DNA of 35,376 nucleotides from Octopus bimaculoides (lineage: Eukaryota): positions 1,372,748 through 1,408,123 of the forward strand of contig NC_068983.1 of NCBI RefSeq assembly GCF_001194135.2, read 5' to 3'. The translations under genes were made by a program, and so were the position numbers. A model generated the notes under the pieces. It did not search any database, was not told the origin of the DNA, and saw only the letters and a list, made by a program, of their open reading frames with translations. Positions 22,531-34,974 of this stretch are shown piece by piece. The first letter of the stretch is position 1. The number at the start of each line of letters is the position of its first letter.

Positions 22531-22542
22531 TCCAGTTAAGGA

Positions 22543-22544
<2 letters not shown>

Positions 22545-22632
<88 letters not shown>

Positions 22633-22965
22633 CATTATTATTATTATTATTATTATTGTTATTATTATTATTGCCTATGTACAGCTTCCAACGCTGGAGA
22701 TGTACTACAATGTCAGCTGTTCCCTCCCTACCAGTGAACTAAGGTAACACCTCTTATTTTTAGGGCACCATTCGGAGCATTCGAACGGTTCCAAGCAGTG
22801 TTGTTTTCTGCAAGTGTTCCAACCTTACTGCAGCCCTTATTTGTTCCACGTACTTCTCGAGATTTTTGCTCACTGTTCCCAGAGCTGCGACAATTATTGG
22901 TACTACTGCTACCTTTTTCATCGATCACAAATACTTAACTTCTCAAGCTAACCTGTCATATCTCT
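22545..22965 (-). mobile_element. R4/Dong-like LINE 3' fragment with long (TAA)n tail
   Basis: Translates as KKVAVVPIIVAALGTVSKNLEKYVEQIRAAVRLEHLQKTTLLGTVRMLRMVP*. Tail at 22545-22673. Confidence 0.85.
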
Positions 22966-22978
22966 CGACGTTTTTCTC

Positions 22979-23195
22979 GGCAGAAACGTTAGCACACCGG
23001 GCGAAATGCTTAGCGGTATTTCGTCTGCCGTTACGTTCTGAGTTTAAATTCCGCCCAGGTCGACTTTGCCTTTCATCCTTTCGGGGTCGATTAATTAAGT
23101 ACCAGTTACGCACTGGGATCGATGTAATCGACTTAATCCCTTTGTCATTGTTTGTCCCCTCTATGTTTAGCCCCTTGTGGGCAATAAAGAAATAA
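22979..23195 (+). mobile_element. SINE type A (well preserved)
   Basis: GCAGAAACGTTAGCAC...GGTCGACTTTGCCTTTCATCCTTTCGGGGTCG...GCAATAAAGAAATA. Confidence 0.9.
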
Positions 23196-23299
23196 ATTAT
23201 TATTATTATTATTGTTACTGTTGTTGTTGTTTTTATTGCTATTATTTCATATACACTAAGCAGATTAAATTGTTCGAATAGAAATATTCTCAATATCAG

Positions 23300-23605
23300 G
23301 CTACATCACGTAAACTTAGGTGCCAAGAACCCTGCTAAGTTTCCAAAATCTCCCTAATAACTCTGTTTTCTGCAGCTACACTGAAGTAGGTTTTATGCCC
23401 ATTTCTTCTGTTCAAATCTTTAGAATTAATTGCTAATGCACCTATAAATACTCTATATTTTTTTACCCATACTTTCCGTAGCATCCGTAAATCAATATCT
23501 AAGGTCTGGTACTTTGCTATTTTCTCTATACTCATCAAATCGACTTTCTCATCATTTGGGAGTGTGAAGTCAATTATTTGGCACTTTCTTGTCTTTATGA
23601 CTACG
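23300..23605 (-). mobile_element. R4/Dong-like LINE endonuclease fragment
   Basis: LVVVIKTRKCQIIDFTLPNDEKVDLMSIEKIAKYQTL matches the PD-(D/E)xK-type endonuclease region. Confidence 0.75.
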
Positions 23606-23607
23606 AC

Positions 23608-23996
23608 GAGGTGCAGGTGTGGCTGTGTGGTAAGAAGCTTGCTTCCCAGCCATATTGGTTTCGGGTTCAGTCCCACTGCGTGATACTTGTCCAGGTGCTT
23701 TCTACTCTAGCCTCGGGCCAACCACAGCCTTGTGAATGGATTTGGTAGATGGAAACTGAAAAGAAGCGCGTCGTATATAAGAATATGTATATGTGTCTGT
23801 GTTTGTTGCCTCACGACCATCGCTTTACAACCAATGTTGCTGTGTTTACGACCCCGTAAATTAGCGGATCGGCAAAAGAGACTGATAGAGTAAGCACTAG
23901 GCTTACAAAGAATAGGTCCTGGTGTCGATTTGTTCGACTAAAGGCGGTACTCCATAATGGCCGCGGTCGAATGACAAAAGCAAGAGAAGAATAAAA

Positions 23997-23997
<1 letters not shown>
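23608..23997 (+). mobile_element. SINE type B, full length, followed by (CTA)n
   Basis: Head GGCTGTGTGGTAAG / GGGTTCAGTCCC, body and 3' region complete. (CTA)n at 23998-24063. Confidence 0.9.
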
Positions 23998-24064
<67 letters not shown>

Positions 24065-24351
24065 TGCAGAGTCGTATGCATTAGTGCCATTTGACAGCCT
24101 ACGAACACTGATAAAAGCAACGATGGAAAGCTCAAGCCGTAATAATTGTCTCTATTTTCGACTTGAAAACGTTAGCCTTCATTTATATTTATTCCTAATC
24201 TGATCTTGCCTTAGGAAAATGTCGCTACCCAGCTTATATTTCAGACTTGACTGCAGATCCAGGAATATATTGGTTCATTTAACAGGAAACCATATTGGGT
24301 GATCCTCTTTCCATTTTTCGTTTCCTTTTCCCCAACAAATCGCTTCCTTGT

Positions 24352-24565
24352 TGTGAGCTGGCAGAAACGTTAGCACGCCGGACGAAAGGGTTAACGGTAT
24401 TTCGTCTGCCGTTACGTTCCGAGATCAAATTTCGCTGAGGTTGAATTAGCCTTTCATCCTTTCGAGGTCGATTAAATAAGTACCAGTTACGCACTGGGGT
24501 CGATGTAATCGACTTAATCCCTTTGTCTGTCCTTGTTTAGCACCCTGTGGACAATAAAGAAATAA
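24352..24565 (+). mobile_element. SINE type A
   Basis: Highly similar to 22979-23195. Confidence 0.9.
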
Positions 24566-27314
24566 ATATTGTTTTTATCTGATGAGGATTTTCCAAAAGT
24601 TCATGCCATTTTATTCAAAGTTTTGTTACGCTTCCAGAATAAAACCAAGTGTTACATGATTCATTTCTTTGCATTAAAAATCTTTACGAATTAGAAAATA
24701 TTGCACAAAAATTAACACTTTGAAAAAATGAACAAAATCTGTGTATCAAGAATTAATTAAAATTTATTAAGTTCAAACATCAACCATTTGACAATTTTAT
24801 TTCGTTGACTACAAATAAATGGCCAGTAACTGCTTAGAAATTCACATAGAACAGTGCCATATTTACTCTCTTGTTAACATCATTTTACATTTATTGTCAC
24901 TTATGTTGTTGCTGTTGTTATTGAGAAAGATAATGTAGGCAGAACTGCTGTTTATTCTGATATCATAACAAACTTATCTTTATGTTGTTCTTGTTATCAT
25001 TGCATGAGTTCTTGCTGTTCTGTTAAACAATTATATGTATTTGTGTTATTTTAATTCTTGCTAAGACAGTATTGCCAAGACACGAACCATTGGTCTCTTC
25101 GGTTGGCGGCATCAGTCCTCATCAGCGCAGATTTGTGTTTTATTTTCCTAAACCATTACTGTATTGAAGCAGTGTAAGCAACATTTCTGACCCTGGAGTT
25201 TTATAGGACATTCGTAGCAGATTCGCACATTTCATCTCTCATTAGACTCCAATAAACACGACAGACCACAAGTTTGATTTCATAGAGCTCCGGCTCTTTT
25301 TTCGTAAGATTCAATCGGTGAAATATAATATTTCAGTGTTTGAAAATAGGAATATAAATGAAATTCTGTTTAACACTTCTATAAAAATTAGTTCGTTGCT
25401 GTTATAATTCAGATCATATATCCGCTCTTAAATGTAAAGGTTTTTATATAATAAAATATCCAGGTTTCTTTTCTTTCTTTTTCAGACCCTCTTTCTATTC
25501 TGAAAAGAAAACAAGATATAGATGAATGTGAAATTATCTATCCATAAGTAAATGAGAAAACTAGGGAATATGTTTCGCCAGGTTGTAAACAAGAGATGAA
25601 CATCTGTAGTCCGTCTACAGAATCCATTTCTGTTTTCTTCATTCTGTTACTCGTTTCTAAGCTTTAACCTCAATTTACACACATTTTAGACAGTTAAATA
25701 CTGTTTCCAAGTGTAAAAGGCTGCTGATGTTTCAACGAAACAATGCGACAGATTGAAAAACTGTGTTTTAATTTACAATAAAACTGGGAGCTCCAAACAC
25801 ACCACCCGTCTCACTTGCTGTATTTCTCTCTTATTCCCCCTCTCTCTCTCTCTCTACTCTCTCTCTCCCTTAACTGAGGTAAATGCTTGTAAATGTTCTA
25901 CAAAATATTCCAGTTTCGCCCCTCCACAAGCAATATCCGAACGATCGACTAATCTCAATGTCTTCAGAAGCAGCTGGTAGTGACTTCCATCGATCATTCG
26001 TTTATTTCTTCCTCTTCATTGACAATCATTTCAATTTCCTTACAACCACATTTGCCTGATACTTGTTCTCCAACATTACATATCAGATGATTCTCTCCTT
26101 TGGCAAATTCTGTGAAAGCAACGTTGATACTAATGACAATGGAAAATTTTAAACGCTTCGTAATACACATCTTTCAATGGTAGATCCATTTATTTCTCTT
26201 CATTTAATAACCTATCTAACCACTGTGTTTAGTAATAATTTGGATATAAGTTAAAATTTTAATAGAAACAATTGTGTGCAAAAAAATGCTTATAGGTAAT
26301 ATATTCTTCATTAGACTTAACAGTGGCCGCAACTTCTCTTACGACGCAAAGAAGGAAGTATTCGACATTTGCCAGATTTTTTTATAGATATGACAGTGCT
26401 GACTGCGAGTTAAATATATATTTTCTAGAAATACAATATTTATGGATAACTGTAGTCTTATTTCAGAAAATAACACCTCGTAGAATCACGAGAAAAACCC
26501 TTTTTGTAACTTCATTATGGCGATTTTGTGAAGTTTACATTTTGGGAATTGCCTTTTACATACACAAACACACGTTGACATACACATATACATTAACATA
26601 TACACACATGTTGACATACGCACGTTTATATGCACACACACGTTCATATATTCACATACATGTTTGCATGCACACGCACGCGCGCACACACACACACACA
26701 CAGACACACACAGAGTTATAAATGCGATCTCCGCCTGGCTTTCAGGGCTTCTCTCCGTCTGGCTTTCTAGCTTATAGACTCAGTCCCCCTGGAAGGCTAC
26801 ATCTCACGTATTTGGTGTCAGTCTATTCTCGGAAATGTTTTGATGTTACTTTGACCCATTGAACTGTGGTGCAGATTTCAGGCTACTCTACAGCACATTT
26901 AGGTCTTAGGAAAATGTGAACTAAGGAATATAACAATAAAAGTAATATGTAAAATTTGTATATCCAATAGCGTTACACCACTGTATATAGTGGCTATGTA
27001 AGCAATGTGTTCGAGGAGGATGAAAGGGTTTAAAGGGATGAAGGGGCAATAACCCCACGAAATATGTCATGCTCCCATTACCCTTTTTTCATCTTCGATC
27101 TCATTGTTTGTTTACGCCTGAGCTCTCGTATACGAAACGTTTTAACAAACATCAGTGCTGGCTAGAATTCCTATAGAGACAGCCTTAACAAGTAGTGTAA
27201 AAGTGCAATGCTAACGCAGTAGAATGGGGTGTCTGCCTATAAAATCGTTTAATATCCTCTATAGTATATTTTGCTTGCATAACGAAATTCCGCGTGGCTT
27301 GCTAAATGCAAAGA

Positions 27315-27535
27315 AGGCGTCGAGCTGGCAGAGTGGTTAGGAGGCTGGGCGAGATGCTGAGCTGTATTTCGCTCGTCGCTATGTTCTGAGTTCAAATTCC
27401 GCCGAGGTCAACTTTACCTTTCATCCTTTCGGGGACGATGAATTGAGTACTAGTTGCTTACTAGGGATCGATCTAATCTACTAGTCCCCTCCCCACAAAT
27501 TTCAGGCCTTGTACCTATAGCAGAAAGAATAAATA
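27315..27535 (+). mobile_element. SINE type A
   Basis: GAGCTGGCAGA...GAGTTCAAATTCCGCCGAGGTC...CATCCTTTCGGGG. Confidence 0.85.
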
Positions 27536-27699
27536 AGTGCGAGGCTTGTTAGAGTGCTAAAACAAAGTTGAGTTTGGTTTAAGAATTATCTTTGATTCCG
27601 AAATTGCATGACAAACAGAATAATTCAAATTTTTGAAATTCCTTCAAATTTTACATATGGTTAGGTAATAAAAGACTCTTCTTATTGGTTTAGAATGGT

Positions 27700-27885
27700 T
27701 TTACCCCCTCCCCTTTTCATCAAATTTGCTGGCCTTGTGCAACCGAAGTTGGTTTTTCCTTTCATTCTTTAGGGCTGGATAAAATACGTACCAATCAGGT
27801 TTTGGGGTTGTTCTAATCGATTTAGACCTCCATTAGAAATTGTTGGTGGCCTTGTACCAAAATTTGAAACGTTTATTATTATTTT
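27700..27885 (+). mobile_element. SINE type A, 3' fragments
   Basis: Two GGCCTTGT(G/A)C 3'-end motifs. Confidence 0.6.
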
Positions 27886-27947
27886 TATTATTCGATTTCA
27901 CTCACCCTGGGGGCAAGCAAAATAAATCACTACTACTGCTGCTACTA

Positions 27948-28001
<54 letters not shown>

Positions 28002-28220
28002 TGGCAAACGAGCTGCCAGACTCGTTCGCACGCCCGGCAGAAGGTTAGCAGCATTTCGTTCGTTTTATATTTTGAGTTAAATTTCCACAAAGGTTGATTT
28101 TGCTTTTCACCCATTTCGGGGTCAATAGAATATGTAACAGTTGAGTGCTGGTATCGATGCAATCGATCAGCACCCTCTCTCACAATTGCTGGTCTTGTGC
28201 AGACATTTTGAAATTATTAC
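28002..28220 (+). mobile_element. SINE type A (degenerate), preceded by (CTA)n
   Basis: CGAGCTGCCAGA...ATTTCGGGGTCAATA...AATTGCTGGTCTTGTGC. Confidence 0.75.
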
Positions 28221-28289
28221 GTTATTTAATCTTTTTATCCCAGCTTTTGTTGGAATTCCTGGAGTCGTACAGCCGTAGCCTACGATATT

Positions 28290-28950
28290 ATACTACTCGT
28301 TTTTTCTGTCAGTTATCTAATACTTTCCTGATTATTCTGGTTGTGTACCAAGTAGGCAAACTTTTTGTAACTGTTCTACTGGGCACTCTATTTGAATTTC
28401 CTTTATACTCCCCTTGATGCCTTCTGATACTGGGCTCCAGAACTCAAAAATAATTAGCACTATCTTCACCTTCTTCATTTTACATAGCCAGGCTATTTCG
28501 TGCATAAGAGGATTGTATATATCTATCTTATCGCCTTCCTATTCGTAGGTCAAAGGGGAACGCAACGCCAACTATATAACACACGCATCTATTAAGCTCT
28601 AGTACCTGATCTATTTGGATTGGAAAGTCCCAGAGGATGTTGCTAGTCTCCGACTCTGCTACTCTCTGTTGTTTGTCCTCATACCACGTCTTGCCTCTCT
28701 CTAACCCTCACTTTTTGCACAGTTTCCAATGTAGCACTATCGCTACTTGATAATGTCGCCACAACATGTAGTGGGTTTGGGCAAGTCTAGGGTAACTGTT
28801 CCCGATATAGGCAATGTTTTCGTCTATTCTATTACAGATGCAGATCGATGGAGACACTTGCTCATTCCTAAGGTTGAACCTCCATTTCATGGCCAAAGTT
28901 TGGTCTTGTGTTGCCAGTAGAGTGCTCTCAGTCTGTTTTTGCATGTCCCT
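28290..28950 (-). mobile_element. R4/Dong-like LINE 3' fragment, decayed
   Basis: QTESTLLATQDQTLAMKWR...ENIAYIGNSYPRLAQTHYMLWRHYQVAIVLHWKLCKK, a decayed CCHC knuckle region. Confidence 0.85.
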
Positions 28951-30475
28951 TTATGAAGAGATGGGTCTCTTGACTTCCCACCCCCTAAAAACCTGTGTTT
29001 TGATACAGCGGGAGTCTCGTGGGTTAATGTGTGTGTGCGTGTGAATAAGTGCTTGAATGGGTTTGAACGGGTTGGTATGCGTACAGGTTTGATATGTGAA
29101 AGGATAAGGAGGGGTTCCCAAATACCCTATACTTGGGTGCATATGTGTTTATATGTGTATGGTTCGGTCAAAACTTTGCTGGGTACTCAGGATGTGAAGG
29201 TGGAAGGACCGATAGCAGAGTTTCTAGCGTTTATAATAACGGAGGGTTCCGGATCTAATCTGAAAATATGATTGATGGATTTCTAACCTCTGCATTTTAT
29301 GGTGGGTCATTTTCGCAGTATGGAATGATATTCTTGGGAGATATTCCCAATGTCAACAAAGCTATTCTATACATCTGTTGACCCTTCCATCAAATTCTAG
29401 ACGTTTCTATTTCTATTTATTTCAATTGAACTCCAGTCCTGCTCTATTGTCTTTCCTTTCTACCCTTACAAATCTCAACTATACTAACCCGTCTCACAAT
29501 TCCTTCTAACCTACCACAAAAAAATGAGCCATATCTTCTACTCATGATGTCACTTCCACCCTGTATTCGAGGCTACATTACGTGTGCCATTTCACCTTAT
29601 CTCTAATATATTCTTACCATTTTTGCATAAATTCTTTTCCCTCTCATTTGTCACTTTAGTGAGCGACTATGAGACCGCAGCTTTCGTCTTTGACAATCTT
29701 TCCAGCAGGTGACTCATTTTCTCAAATACTACCAGAGACAGACATGACTTTCAGGCCAGGAGTTCTCTAATCACCCATAATTTGGCACATTTGCAACCTT
29801 CTACAATCACGTCTGTATTAGTTACTTCAATTCCAGCGCCACAAACTGACATCGTTTTCCATGTCTAATGTTTATAACTTACATATATATTACTTCTTCG
29901 AACATTATTTGTTGTGCAAAATAGCATCTCTACAAAAAGAAACCGACCAAAATGAATCCCTTTTGGCCTACCACTTCCTCAAACATTTCCGAAACCCTCA
30001 AAACATGTTGCCCTCCACTCCCATTCATTTGGCCCTTTGCCTGACCGCCTTTCCCTCTGTGTTATATATCAACACCTCTGTGATAGGCAGACAAACACAA
30101 CTCAGAATAACGATTCAGTCTCGACCTTTCTTAACCTACCTTTTCAGTCTCCACCTCAAATTTCTCTTATTTTCCTCCTCACTCCACTACCCAACACACT
30201 TCACTCCTTCTCTCTATCCTTCATCTTCATCAGTCGTTTTCTCCCTGTTGTTACTGTATATGTCTATCTGCAGCCTTTCTTTCACTGCTACTATTGTGTC
30301 TGTGTGTTCATTATCAAATCACCTCTCTCCTTGTGCGTGGTCTTTCGCTGTGTCTTTGTGTCTGTGTGTTCGTTCCTCGAATCAGCGCTTCATGCTTCCG
30401 TTCTTGTCATTCCCCACACTGCACTCACAACGATTTTATAAGTTTTCATTACAAACCTTGAGCATTCGTCTAGAT

Positions 30476-30720
30476 CAGTGATTTTCAACGAACTTTCCTT
30501 GCGGACCCCTTTAATTCCTAATCTACTCAACTAGACCCCTCTTCCATGTGTATAAAAAAATCCTTGCTTTTATAAGTAAATATTATTAGGAAATGTATAT
30601 AAAAATTAAAGTATTTGGGTGATGTGAAGTATGAGCAATTTATTGCACAAAATCTTACGTGGAACCCGAAGGGCCACATGGACCCAGAAGGGTCATATGG
30701 ACCCTGGTTTAGAACTACTG
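30476..30720. mobile_element. hAT (Charlie-like) MITE
   Basis: Terminal inverted repeats CAGTGATTTTCAAC and GTTTAGAACTACTG. The 8-bp flanks GTCTAGAT and ACCTAGGC share the CTAG core of the NTCTAGAN target and differ only by transitions. Confidence 0.7.
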
Positions 30721-31717
30721 ACCTAGGCATCACCTTTCCTACTTCCATTGATTAATAAAGTACAACAGCTAAAAACGATATACTTTCTCGCCCCATTGCC
30801 GCTGAATTCATTTCATTTGATTTATTGTTGTAGGAATAAACGCTCATGTTCTATCTGTTATCTGGTGTGGCAATTCATAAAACAACTATTAACACATATA
30901 GTAGCAATCTGGCTACCACAAGGAAACCAACGTATAGATCACTCTACAGTCACTGTTAAATAACAACAGGCAGATAGTTCTCGTCTGACTTGCGCTTGTG
31001 GCAAAAGATATTAAGATGATCCAGATGGTGAAGGAAGTTCATGAACTTACAAGAGACAAAAGAACGATGCCCCATACCCCAGTGGCCTATATATGACAGA
31101 AAAGATATTACCTTTATACAAGGGCCTAGAGGCTGAGTTATTGATGTGCTTAATGCGTTGTGTTATTATAAACACAATATTGACATAACTAATTTCTCTT
31201 CACCATAGAAGCAGCAAGTGATGATCATTATTCCCTTAAGCAATCACAAGAATAATGAATCAATTACATTATTTCATTAAGAAAATAATATTGTGATAAA
31301 CAACATACGAGAAACAAACCTTTTCCTTACAATTTTGGCAAAGCTTCTTACAGTTTTCATTTACAAAATCCTTAATGCACAGTATTTTAGAGACTACCGA
31401 AGGACAGGTAAAAAGGGAAGATAATCGTGGAGCAAACAGAGTATAATAGAGAACAATATCCTCAAGAAAGCTAACAGACATGATAATCCTTATCTTGTTT
31501 TCATCTATATTATTAGATAAACTGAAGAATTCTAAAACATCAGTGAGGAAAACTTTAGAGGTAGAGGGATAACCTTCTACAATATGATCATGGATTAATG
31601 TTACCAGTTATTTTTTATTGATTATGTTTCATTAATTATTGAGATTTGTCGCTTAAAGTTGGTAGTTTTCTTTATATCATTGTTAATGTTGCTTAATCAA
31701 TTTTTCTTTCATCAGAT

Positions 31718-31927
31718 TCTTTTATTCTTTTACTTGTTTCAGTCATTTGACTGCGGCGATGCTGGAGCAGCGCCTTTACTCGAGCAAATCGACACCAGGT
31801 CTTATTCTTTGTAAGCCCAGTACTTATTCTATCGTTCACTTTTGCCGAACCGCTAAGTTACCGGGACGTAAACACACCAGCATCGGTTGTCAAGCGATGG
31901 TGGAGGAACAAACACAGAAACACAAAC

Positions 31928-31982
<55 letters not shown>

Positions 31983-32009
31983 CGACGGGCTTCTTTCAGT
32001 TTCTATCTA
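31718..32009 (-). mobile_element. SINE type B with internal (CA)n/(TA)n, cut by a gap
   Basis: TTTTACTTGTTTCAGTCATTTGACTGCGG...GCCGAACCGCTAAGTTAC...CGACGGGCTTCTTTCAGTTTC. Confidence 0.85.
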
Positions 32010-32376
32010 NNNNNNNNNNNNNNNNNNNNNNNNNNNNNNNNNNNNNNNNNNNNNNNNNNNNNNNNNNNNNNNNNNNNNNNNNNNNNNNNNNNNNNNNNNN
32101 NNNNNNNNNNNNNNNNNNNNNNNNNNNNNNNNNNNNNNNNNNNNNNNNNNNNNNNNNNNNNNNNNNNNNNNNNNNNNNNNNNNNNNNNNNNNNNNNNNNN
32201 NNNNNNNNNNNNNNNNNNNNNNNNNNNNNNNNNNNNNNNNNNNNNNNNNNNNNNNNNNNNNNNNNNNNNNNNNNNNNNNNNNNNNNNNNNNNNNNNNNNN
32301 NNNNNNNNNNNNNNNNNNNNNNNNNNNNNNNNNNNNNNNNNNNNNNNNNNNNNNNNNNNNNNNNNNNNNNNNNNNN

Positions 32377-32425
<49 letters not shown>

Positions 32426-33489
32426 AGAGAGAGAGAGACAGAGAGACAGAGAGACAGAGAGAAAGAGAGTCTGTGTCTCAAACTAAATAATTCTACAGGC
32501 ATCATTATATTAATCGGTTTACGTTCATGTTCAGCTCATTATTACTAATTGATATTTCCTTATTAACCGTAGACAAGATGTATTATATTTAATGAGAATA
32601 ATATTGCGTTGAGCACAAACGTGAGGAATTTAATAATTTAGAAGCTAATGTCGAAGCCTTTTAAATCGCCTTAAAGATATATTCCATGGGATTTTAATAT
32701 CTGCTTTATTAATCAGTAATATAAGGTTGAGGAGGAGACTTACATAAAGGAAATCCCTTGAAAGCCTGAGCTCACTCGCAACTAAAACATAATCTGTTGC
32801 CCTTCCGTCACATCGAAGCACCGTCACTAGACATAACAGAGTTCCAGTTCGTCTCAACACACCAACGCAAGACGAAATATTGCACATTCGTTCGAAATGC
32901 ATCGGAGACCCATTTCCAAGGTGACTACATAAACATCTCATAACTGAAAAAAAACACTTCTTTGCAGGCCTAAGAAATACTTCATCTGTGAACACTAGTT
33001 TTTCCCTTGCTAGTTATACATGTAACCTCCATGTAGATAACCGCACTTATGTTTACACTGGGATGCAAAACCACACCTATAGACTATACACAAAAGCTTA
33101 TCCAAATAACGAGGGAACTTTAATCTTAATATGCTACACACAAGTCTATGAAATTGCAACGAATTTGTTTCACTTTAATCTGTATCGTAACTACAGTCGA
33201 TCACGTTCTGCAATTGGTCGATATTGTAGTTCCACAGATTCCTTTCACTTCAAGAAGGGGTCACTTCATCACATTCCTATCCAGATCCTCTTGATTAAAA
33301 GGTTCGCATCAGTCCCCGACCTTTAGACGTCGATGTGGAACATAGAACGAAGTATTTTCGAGTGCAACTAGAAAGGGCGAAATAATTACTCTCTTCTCCT
33401 CGGACTGAACTCCGTGGCAAATTCATTATCGCACAATGCATTATATTACGATACGTCCTTATTTCTAAAATACATCATCATCATCATCG

Positions 33490-33570
33490 TTATCATCATC
33501 AACATCCTAATCTTCATCATCATCAACATCCTAATCTTCATCATCATCAACATCCTAATCTTCATCATCA
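33490..33570. repeat. 24-bp minisatellite, about 3 copies, in (ATC)n background
   Basis: CATCATCATCAACATCCTAATCTT repeated. Confidence 0.85.
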
Positions 33571-33670
33571 CCATCATCAAATATATTCAGTTGAATAAAT
33601 ATGTTACAAAATATTTTAACGAATGTAGAGGAATGGTTAACTTACATTTCTTATAAAACTTGTTGCTTCC

Positions 33671-33783
33671 TTAGCAATATCCACACGTTTTTCTGCATTT
33701 CTTCGATACAAAATGTTTCCGGGCTTTACATTTATAAACTCTACGAATATATTTACAATTCATCAGGTCTCGACATTCAGGCT
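33671..33783 (-). CDS. ShK (ShKT) domain exon ending in a stop: PECRDLMNCKYIRRVYKCKARKHFVSKKCRKTCGYC*
   Basis: Six cysteines ending CxxxCxxC, phase-1 acceptor TTTCTATGAAG, TAA at 33673-33671. Confidence 0.85.
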
Positions 33784-33978
33784 CTTCATAGAAATAAAAG
33801 AAAAATGAAAAACAAAAATACAGAAAGTCTGTAGGGGGCAGAATAGTCACGGTTGATATCACACTTGTTCAAGATGATCTTTTGCCTCCTCATCTACCTC
33901 CTCCTCCTCATCATCGTATCATCATCATCATCGTCACATACATTCAACTAAGTAAATATGTTCGAATGGTTAACTTAC

Positions 33979-34119
33979 TTTTCCTTTGATATATGTTTCT
34001 TCCCGGGCATTTTCCGCATGTTTTCTTGCAAAAATTCGACATATAATGAAAATTGCGCGTACATCCATTATATTTAGCCTTCTGTCTACACGTGGTAATT
34101 AGGTCTCGACATTCAGGTT
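33979..34119 (-). CDS. ShK domain exon, 141 nt, phase 1-1: PECRDLITTCRQKAKYNGCTRNFHYMSNFCKKTCGKCPGRNIYQRK
   Basis: ShK cysteine spacing, acceptor TTTCTATGAAG, donor GTAAGT, length divisible by 3. Confidence 0.85.
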
Positions 34120-34405
34120 CTTCATAGAAATAAAAGAAAAATGAAAAACAAAAATACAGAAAGTCTGTAGGGGGCAGAATAGTCACGGTTGATATCACAC
34201 TTGTTCAAGATGATCTTTTGCCTCCTCATCTACCTCCTCCTCCTCNNNNNNNNNNNNNNNNNNNNNNNNNNNNNNNNNNNNNNNNNNNNNNNNNNNNNNN
34301 NNNNNNNNNNNNNNNNNNNNNNNNNNNNNNNNNCTCATCATCGTATCATCATCATCATCGTCACATACATTCAACTAAGTAAATATGTTCGAATGGTTAA
34401 CTTAC

Positions 34406-34546
34406 TTTTCCTTTGATATATGTTTCTTCCCGGGCATTTTCCGCATGTTTTCTTGCAAAAATTCGACATATAATGAAAATTGCGCGTACATCCATTATAT
34501 TTAGCCTTCTGTCTACACGTGGTAATTAGGTCTCGACATTCAGGTT
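34406..34546 (-). CDS. ShK domain exon identical to 33979-34119
   Basis: Same sequence and splice sites. It is separated from its twin by an N gap, so copy number is uncertain. Confidence 0.75.
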
Positions 34547-34974
34547 CTTCATAGAAATAAAAGAAAAATGAAAAACAAAAATACAGAAAGTCTGTAGGGG
34601 GCAGAATAGTCACGGTTGATATCACACTTGTTCAAGATGCTCTTTTGCCTTAGATTTGTACTATAAACTTCAAGAACTTGTTTTCTTTAATTAGAAATTT
34701 AACCCACAAGAAAGTGATTTTTGGCAACTTCATCAAATGGGTCAATAACATACATATATACATCGGTAATATTCTCATATTCTCTAGATTAATTTATATG
34801 TATTCACACTGATGATACGGTCAGCAATGTTGGACTGAAATCCTCAGATTGAAATCAGAGACAAATTCATTATCACACAAAGCATTATATGTTACGATAT
34901 GTCCACATTTCTAAAATACAACATACACTGAGGTATAGGAAAACTAGTTACTATTTGCCATCATCATCATAATA

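Noticed and set aside
24579-24603. CTGATGA-GGA-TTT-TCC-AAAAG as a hammerhead
   Set aside because: GAAA is replaced by AAAA and helix III cannot form.
25486-25560. + strand exon with DIDECE, a calcium-binding EGF-like start
   Set aside because: An in-frame stop follows within five codons and the other EGF cysteines are not properly spaced.
34809-34847. CTGATGA...GACTGAAA as a hammerhead
   Set aside because: It needs a 3-nt insertion after A9, and neither stem I nor helix III is supported.
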